This document shows positions 1 through 4,672 of a stretch of 13,861 nt of DNA, piece by piece. Below the pieces are notes generated by a model. It was not told the origin of the DNA and searched no databases. It saw only the letters and a list, made by a program, of their open reading frames with translations. Positions within the stretch are counted from its first letter, which is position 1; the number at the start of each line of letters is the position of its first letter. Position numbers and translations under genes: made by a program. The DNA is from Chthoniobacteraceae bacterium (GTDB taxonomy: Bacteria; Verrucomicrobiota; Verrucomicrobiia; Chthoniobacterales; Chthoniobacteraceae): positions 1 to 13,861 of the forward strand of contig JBEBGD010000130.1 of the NCBI GenBank assembly GCA_040081625.1, in the 5' to 3' direction.

Positions 1-297
1 TCCCCTGTCAAACGCGGCGGGGCCATGCGGGCCGGGCGGCGCGGGCGGATGCGGGAATCCCGATGCGCGCGGCTTTCCACGCGGGGATCGTTTCCGCTCC
101 GCTCCGCCTTGCGGAAAATCTCCTTGCCTTCCCCGCCCCGCTTTCGCTTTTCTTGCGCCCGGAAATTTCACCTCCCAAAATGAATGCTCTGAGAATGACG
201 ACGGCTTCGGTGCCGTGCCGCGGATTGGCGGCGCGGGGAGTGGCGCTGCGCGGGTGCGCGACGGCGCTTTGATGGAGGGCGCGAGCGGCGGCGGGCG

Positions 298-576
298 ATG
301 GATCGGAAATCGAAACCCCGGACCGGACTCCACCCGCGCTGCGTCATCCTCGGCGCGTTGATCAAGGCCGAGCGGATCGGGCGCGGGTGGTCGCAGGAGA
401 AACTCGCGGGACTCGTGGGCGTGTCGCGGCAGACGATCGCGGCGATCGAGAAGGGGCACACGGCTCCGGATGCGGACCTGCTCTGCGCGCTCGAGGATGT
501 GCTGCACCGGCGCATGGCGGAGCTGTGGCAGCGGGCGTTTCGCGAGGAGGCAGGTTTGGTGCCGGTGGGTTGTTAA
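298..576 (+). CDS. XRE/Cro-CI family helix-turn-helix transcriptional regulator (92 aa)
   Basis: The translation contains the typical HTH_3 pattern LGALIKAERIGRGWSQEKLAGLVGVSRQTIAAIEKGHTAPDADLLCALEDVL. ATG at 298, TAA at 574-576. Confidence 0.9.
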   Translation: MDRKSKPRTGLHPRCVILGALIKAERIGRGWSQEKLAGLVGVSRQTIAAIEKGHTAPDADLLCALEDVLHRRMAELWQRAFREEAGLVPVGC

Positions 577-623
577 GATTCCTGACGTAGCGCGCCCCGC
601 GCGCGGGTGGTCGAGTCGCCGCC

Positions 624-1220
624 ATGCCAGCACTGACCTGGGATAGCAATCTCGCCGGAGTCCCGCTCACGTGGGACTCACCTCTCGGCCTGACCTGGGA
701 AGGGCTGGCGCCCGTCATCACCACTAACCAACCCATGGCTTCCGACAATCGTATCTCGATCGAAATCACGCCGACGCAAAAGACCGCCATCGTGGATGCG
801 GTCGCGGCGCTCAAAGCGGCGCTGCAAGGCATCACCATCAACCTCACCGCCGACGAAAAGCAGAGCCTGCCGCGCATCGCGGACCGGACGCTGGCGTTTG
901 ATGAAAAGTGCGCCGCCTACATGACCAGCCGCCCCGAACTGATTCCGGGCTTCCTCGACATGGTCGAGATGGCCAGGGACCGCAAACTCGTCGCCGACCT
1001 GCTGCCCTGCCTGCTCGAGATCGCCCAAATCCACGAGGGTCTCGAGGACACGGTCATGCTCGCGAACTCCGACAACTACGTGGGCGACCTCGCGTTCTAC
1101 CAAAACGTGCGCCAGGCCGCCCGCCGGGGCGTCTCCGGCACCGACACTATCTACAACGACCTCAAGGAGCGCTTCCCCGGCCGCCCGCGGATCGACCCGC
1201 CGACCCCGCCGACGCCCTAA
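624..1220 (+). CDS. Uncharacterised, predicted alpha-helical protein (198 aa; alternative start ATG 735 gives 161 aa) with N-terminal LTWD/E repeats and a Pro-rich C-tail
   Basis: Codon usage is host-like with high GC3, and there are amphipathic helical segments (ISIEITPTQKTAIVDAVAALKAAL...DTIYNDLKERF). From memory it resembles a widespread hypothetical family, but this is not verified. Synonymous variation among the three LTW(D/E) motifs supports translation from 624, while an A/C-rich stretch precedes ATG 735. Confidence 0.85.
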   Translation: MPALTWDSNLAGVPLTWDSPLGLTWEGLAPVITTNQPMASDNRISIEITPTQKTAIVDAVAALKAALQGITINLTADEKQSLPRIADRTLAFDEKCAAYMTSRPELIPGFLDMVEMARDRKLVADLLPCLLEIAQIHEGLEDTVMLANSDNYVGDLAFYQNVRQAARRGVSGTDTIYNDLKERFPGRPRIDPPTPPTP

Positions 1221-1222
1221 AA

Positions 1223-1537
1223 GGCCTAAAAAGGCCGAATCTGCGCGGAATCGTGGCTTTTCCGGGCCTAAAAAGTATCCCGGTCGGACTTAAAGGTCCG
1301 GCGGAGGCACTAAAAGGTCTGGACGCCGGACTTAAAGGTCTGACCGGGATACTTAAAAGTATCTCCGGCAGAGAAAAAGGTCCGAGCGCCATACTTAAAG
1401 GTCCGACGCGAAGAGAAAAAGGTCTGCCCGCCATACAAAAAAGTCCGAGCGCCGGACTAAAAGGTCCGGCGCGAAGAGAAAGAAGTCCCTCAAACCGAGA
1501 AAAAAGTATCCCGAAAGGAGAAAAAGATGCCCTTCGA
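1223..1537 (+). repeat. Degenerate tandem array with an exact 21-bp period (13 clear units at 1265-1537, plus one in-phase unit at 1223 and one decayed unit at 1244)
   Basis: Units start at 1265, 1286, 1307 ... 1517 with no indels: GGCCTA-AAAAGTATC-CCGGTC / GGACTT-AAAGGTCCG-GCGGAG / GCACTA-AAAGGTCTG-GACGCC / GGACTT-AAAGGTCTG-ACCGGG / ATACTT-AAAAGTATC-TCCGGC / AGAGAA-AAAGGTCCG-AGCGCC / ATACTT-AAAGGTCCG-ACGCGA / AGAGAA-AAAGGTCTG-CCCGCC / ATACAA-AAAAGTCCG-AGCGCC / GGACTA-AAAGGTCCG-GCGCGA / AGAGAA-AGAAGTCCC-TCAAAC / CGAGAA-AAAAGTATC-CCGAAA / GGAGAA-AAAGATGCC-CTTCGA. Confidence 0.93.
1515..1520 (+). promoter_or_regulatory. Shine-Dalgarno sequence (AAGGAG) of the 1527 ORF
   Basis: AAGGAG lies 6 nt upstream of ATG 1527 (ccgaAAGGAGaaaaagATG). 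Confidence 0.7.
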
Positions 1538-2072
1538 CCCCAGCCTCCCCGCCCCGAACTCGCCGCTCGAATCCGCGGTCGTCCGCGACCAGTTCCAGGC
1601 GCTGTTTAACCTGATCAATGCCATCGTGACCGTCGTCGCCGCGCAGATCGACGGGGTGACGACCGGTGCGCCCGGCACGCAAGCCGGGGTGACGGCGAGC
1701 GTGAGCGGCGGCACGCTGCACTTCAGCTTCACCCTCCCGCGTGGGGCCGCCGGCACGCCGGGGCAGCCTTTCGCGAGCGCGGTGATCGATGGGGTGCAGA
1801 CGCTAAACCCCGGAGAGAGCGCGTTTGTGAATGTGAGCTTCGACGGGACGAATGTTCACTTCGACTTCGGCATCCCGCGCGGCGCCGATGGCGCAAACGG
1901 CACGAATGGCGAGGTGTCGGCGGCCGACCTGGCAAATGCGATCGCCGGCACGAGCGCCAATACCAATGGCGTGAGCGTGCTCGGCCAGAGCGCAGCGACC
2001 GATTACGACCAGGGGCAGATGCAGACGCTGCTGAACAAAGTGGACGAACTGATCCTCGCGCAGCGGCGGTAG
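1527..2072 (+). CDS. Fibre/collagen-like hypothetical protein (181 aa) with two 46-aa repeats, short Gly-X-Y runs and terminal helices
   Basis: There is a good SD and ATG. An internal duplication (IDGVTTGAPG...LHFSFTLPRGAAGTPG vs IDGVQTLNPG...VHFDFGIPRGADGANGTNG) has a 138-bp period (1647 vs 1785). The C-terminus YDQGQMQTLLNKVDELILAQRR is an amphipathic helix. No signal peptide is evident. Confidence 0.85.
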   Translation: MPFDPSLPAPNSPLESAVVRDQFQALFNLINAIVTVVAAQIDGVTTGAPGTQAGVTASVSGGTLHFSFTLPRGAAGTPGQPFASAVIDGVQTLNPGESAFVNVSFDGTNVHFDFGIPRGADGANGTNGEVSAADLANAIAGTSANTNGVSVLGQSAATDYDQGQMQTLLNKVDELILAQRR

Positions 2073-2088
2073 CGGTCGCGGCGACCGC
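2072..2088. terminator. GC-rich inverted repeat between convergent genes (possible terminator or RNA-stabilising hairpin)
   Basis: GCGGTCGC-G-GCGACCGC has perfect 8-bp arms and sits at the 24-bp gap between the stops at 2072 and 2097. There is no U-tract on either strand, so it is not a canonical intrinsic terminator. Confidence 0.35.
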
Positions 2089-2096
2089 GCAGCGGC

Positions 2097-4541
2097 TCAG
2101 TGGTTGAACATGAACTCCTTGGCGTTCATGAGCGCCCAGAAGATATCGACATACACTTTCGGCTGCTCCTCGGTCACGCCCCAGTGCTGCTCGAGTTTCA
2201 CGAGTTCCTGCTCGGTCGGCTGCCGGCCGAAGCAGCGCAGATACAGCTCGGCGGCGATCTCGCGTGAGCTGAGCTTTTGTTCCATCAGCTTTTTGACCAC
2301 ACCACCCGCGGCGATCTTTTGCTCGATCGTCACGCCGTTGATCATGTGCAGGGCTTGGGAAAGCGTCGGGCCGACTTCCTCGCGGCTGCAGACGACGAGG
2401 CGATCGGCGCGGCCGAACGTGGTGAGGAAGTAATCGGTCGTGCGTCCGTCGGCGACTTGCACGGCGCGGCCGCCGAGCGGGAGGCCGCGGAATTTATCCT
2501 GCGTCTCGGTGACCTGCGTGATGCAGTCGAGCATGACCTCGGCGCGCATGCGGCGGATGGTGGCCTTGGCGAAGTTGCGCTCGTCGAGTGAGTTCGTGTC
2601 GTTGGGCCGCGTGGTGAGCTGGTAGGTGCGGCTGGTGCAGATGTCGCGGACGATCTTTTTGAGGTCGTAGTTGTATTCGACGATCTTCGCGGCGAGCGCG
2701 TCGAGCAGGGCCTGGTTGGAGGGCGGGTTGGAGATGCGCACGTCATCGACGGGCTCGACGATGCCGACCCCCATGTATTGCGCCCAGATGAGGTTCGCGA
2801 TGTGGCGCGGGAAATACGGGTTGTCGGCGGCGGCGACCCAGTCGGCGAGGACCTGGCGGCGATCCTTGCCCGCGGTGTCGGGCTTTTCTCCGCCGAGGAA
2901 TTTGGGCGGGATGACTTCGTTGGTGACCGGATGGCGGGCGTCGCCGCCACCACTGTTGTAGATGATGCGCTCGCGGGGATCTTCGCCCTGCTTGCGGCCG
3001 ATCTGGGTGAAGAAGGAGACGAAGCCGCGGTAGTCGGCCATGGTCCAGCGATCGAAGGGATGATTGTGGCACTGGGCGCACTGGATGCGCGTGCCGAAGA
3101 AGGCCTGCGCGGTGTCCTCGGCGAGCTTGAGCGGATCGGTCTCGAGCTGGAAGAAGTTTGCCGCCGGGTTCTCGAGGTTCGAGCCGCTCGCGCTGATCAG
3201 TTCCGCCGCGACTTTGTTGATCGGCACGTTCTTGCTCAACCGCTCGCGCAGCCACGTGTAGTAATTGAAGACGGCCTTGTAGCTGCCTTCGTTGACGTTC
3301 TGCCCGCTGCGAAGCTGGAGCAGTTCGCTCCACTTGAGCGCCCACATGTCCACGAAGCCTTCCTGCGCCATCAGCGTGTCGATCTTCTTCTCGCGCTTGG
3401 TCGGGTTCTTGTCGGCGACGAATTCCTTCACCTCGCCCGCGGTCGGCAGGAGCCCGACGAGGTCGATGCTCGCGCGGCGCAGGAACGTCTCGTCGTCGCA
3501 CAGGCCGCTCGGGAGCATGCGCAGGGCCTTGATCTTCCCGTGGACGAGGCCGTCCAGCCAGTTCTTCTCCTCGACGTTCGGCCACTCGTATTTGAGGCCC
3601 TTGGGGATGATGCTCACCGCCGTGCCGACGGTGTGGGTCGCGTAGCGGGCCATCACGAACGCCTCGCCGCGCTGGCCGGTCACGATCGTGCCGTCCTTCT
3701 CGATCTTCGCGCTCGCTTCGTTGCTGGTGAGGAAGAGTGACATCGAGGTGATGTCGCGATCGGTCCCGTCGGCGAAGTGCGCGCGCACGCTGATCTTGAA
3801 CTTGTTGCCGGGCCCTTCGAGCAGGAGCGCCGACGGCAGGATCTCGATGCTGGTGCACTCCGGCGCCGTCGTCTTGCCATCCTTGTCCACCGGATCATTC
3901 GGCGCGCCGGCTTCCAGCCACCGCAGCAGGGTCTGGCACATCTCGCTGTCCTTCTCGAATTGCTTCCCGCCCGTGTGCGGCGCGGTGCCGATGTTTTTGG
4001 TGATGAGCATCGACTCCTCCGGCAGCGCGAGGTTGATGCGCCGGCCGACCTGCTGGCGCGTGAGCCGGAAGTAATCGCCCTCCGGATTGTAGCCAAAGAG
4101 CGAGAGCTCAAACCCATCCTTGCCGCGCGATGCCCCGTGGCAGCCGCCCGCATTACACCCGGCCGTCATGAAGACCGGCATTACATCCCGCCGGAAAGAC
4201 ACCGGCTGTTCGGTCTTCGCGCCCTTGACCACCACCTGCAACTCGGTGCTCTGGCCGTTCCACTCGACCTTCAGCTTCGTCTCGCCATCGGCGAGCGGCG
4301 TGACGACGCCGTTTTCGATCTTTGCCTTGGCGGGATCGGCCAGCGTGAACTTCGCCTCGGCGGTCACATTGCGCTGCACGCCGTTTGGTTCAGTCGTGCG
4401 GACGACCAGCGACTGACGGTCCCGGACATCGCTCAGGTCGATCTTGTGCGGAAGCGCGTCGAAAGGCGGCGGCGTCTCGGTCGCGGCGAAGGCAGTCGCC
4501 GCGGTCGCGGCGATTAGAAGGAATCGGATGGGTGTGCGCAT
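2097..4541 (-). CDS. Secreted Ig-like (Big_2-like) + DUF1549 (PSCyt2) + DUF1553 (PSD1) domain protein, PVC-type (about 814 aa)
   Basis: The likely start is ATG 4541, giving a signal peptide MRTPIRFLLIAATAATAFA. Family motifs include VSFRRDVMPVF..GCNAGGCHGASRGKDGFELSLFG, DETFLRRASIDLVGLLPT, QAFFGTRIQCAQCHNHPFDRWT, NPYFPRHIANLIWAQYMGVGIVEPVDD, YDLKKIVRDICTSRTYQ, RRMRAEVMLD and terminal DIFWALMNAKEFMFNH. Confidence 0.93.
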   Translation of the reverse strand: MRTPIRFLLIAATAATAFAATETPPPFDALPHKIDLSDVRDRQSLVVRTTEPNGVQRNVTAEAKFTLADPAKAKIENGVVTPLADGETKLKVEWNGQSTELQVVVKGAKTEQPVSFRRDVMPVFMTAGCNAGGCHGASRGKDGFELSLFGYNPEGDYFRLTRQQVGRRINLALPEESMLITKNIGTAPHTGGKQFEKDSEMCQTLLRWLEAGAPNDPVDKDGKTTAPECTSIEILPSALLLEGPGNKFKISVRAHFADGTDRDITSMSLFLTSNEASAKIEKDGTIVTGQRGEAFVMARYATHTVGTAVSIIPKGLKYEWPNVEEKNWLDGLVHGKIKALRMLPSGLCDDETFLRRASIDLVGLLPTAGEVKEFVADKNPTKREKKIDTLMAQEGFVDMWALKWSELLQLRSGQNVNEGSYKAVFNYYTWLRERLSKNVPINKVAAELISASGSNLENPAANFFQLETDPLKLAEDTAQAFFGTRIQCAQCHNHPFDRWTMADYRGFVSFFTQIGRKQGEDPRERIIYNSGGGDARHPVTNEVIPPKFLGGEKPDTAGKDRRQVLADWVAAADNPYFPRHIANLIWAQYMGVGIVEPVDDVRISNPPSNQALLDALAAKIVEYNYDLKKIVRDICTSRTYQLTTRPNDTNSLDERNFAKATIRRMRAEVMLDCITQVTETQDKFRGLPLGGRAVQVADGRTTDYFLTTFGRADRLVVCSREEVGPTLSQALHMINGVTIEQKIAAGGVVKKLMEQKLSSREIAAELYLRCFGRQPTEQELVKLEQHWGVTEEQPKVYVDIFWALMNAKEFMFNH

Positions 4542-4672
4542 GTCGAAATTGGTTAAAAAGCTCGCCGACACTACCATTGCAGCAACGGTTTCTTTGACGC
4601 CGATATGGGCGGGAGCGGGCGCTCACAGCCTGCGCGCCTGGCGCGGCGGGGAGATTGCAAGCGGCGCCGGCG

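Noticed and set aside
125..155. Possible sigma70 promoter (TTGCCT ... TTTTCT) for the cassette
   Set aside because: The -10 match is too poor to call without TSS data.
63..272. 69-aa ORF (or a 30-aa version from ATG 180) upstream of XRE
   Set aside because: There is no recognisable motif or RBS, and it spans a pyrimidine-rich stretch that looks intergenic. It cannot be supported.
1223..1537. CRISPR array or TIGR array interpretation
   Set aside because: The period is only 21 bp with ~6 variable nt. There is no invariant 23-47-bp repeat with unique spacers, no cas genes in the window, no 36-nt dual-repeat unit with box C/D-like motifs, and no recognisable Nop-domain protein.
908..1609. 233-aa plus-strand ORF as an independent gene
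   Set aside because: Its first third is an out-of-frame shadow of 624..1220 (Arg/Pro/Gly-rich), and the rest is the repeat array with atypical codons. It also overlaps 1527..2072.
1162..1756. Minus-strand ORFs 1162..1434, 1395..1721 and 1490..1756
   Set aside because: They are antisense to the array and to better-supported genes, with low-complexity translations and atypical codons.
4542..4577. ORF-track start at 4577 for the DUF1549 gene
   Set aside because: ATG 4541 gives a canonical signal peptide directly at the N-terminus and follows an A/T-rich initiation region.
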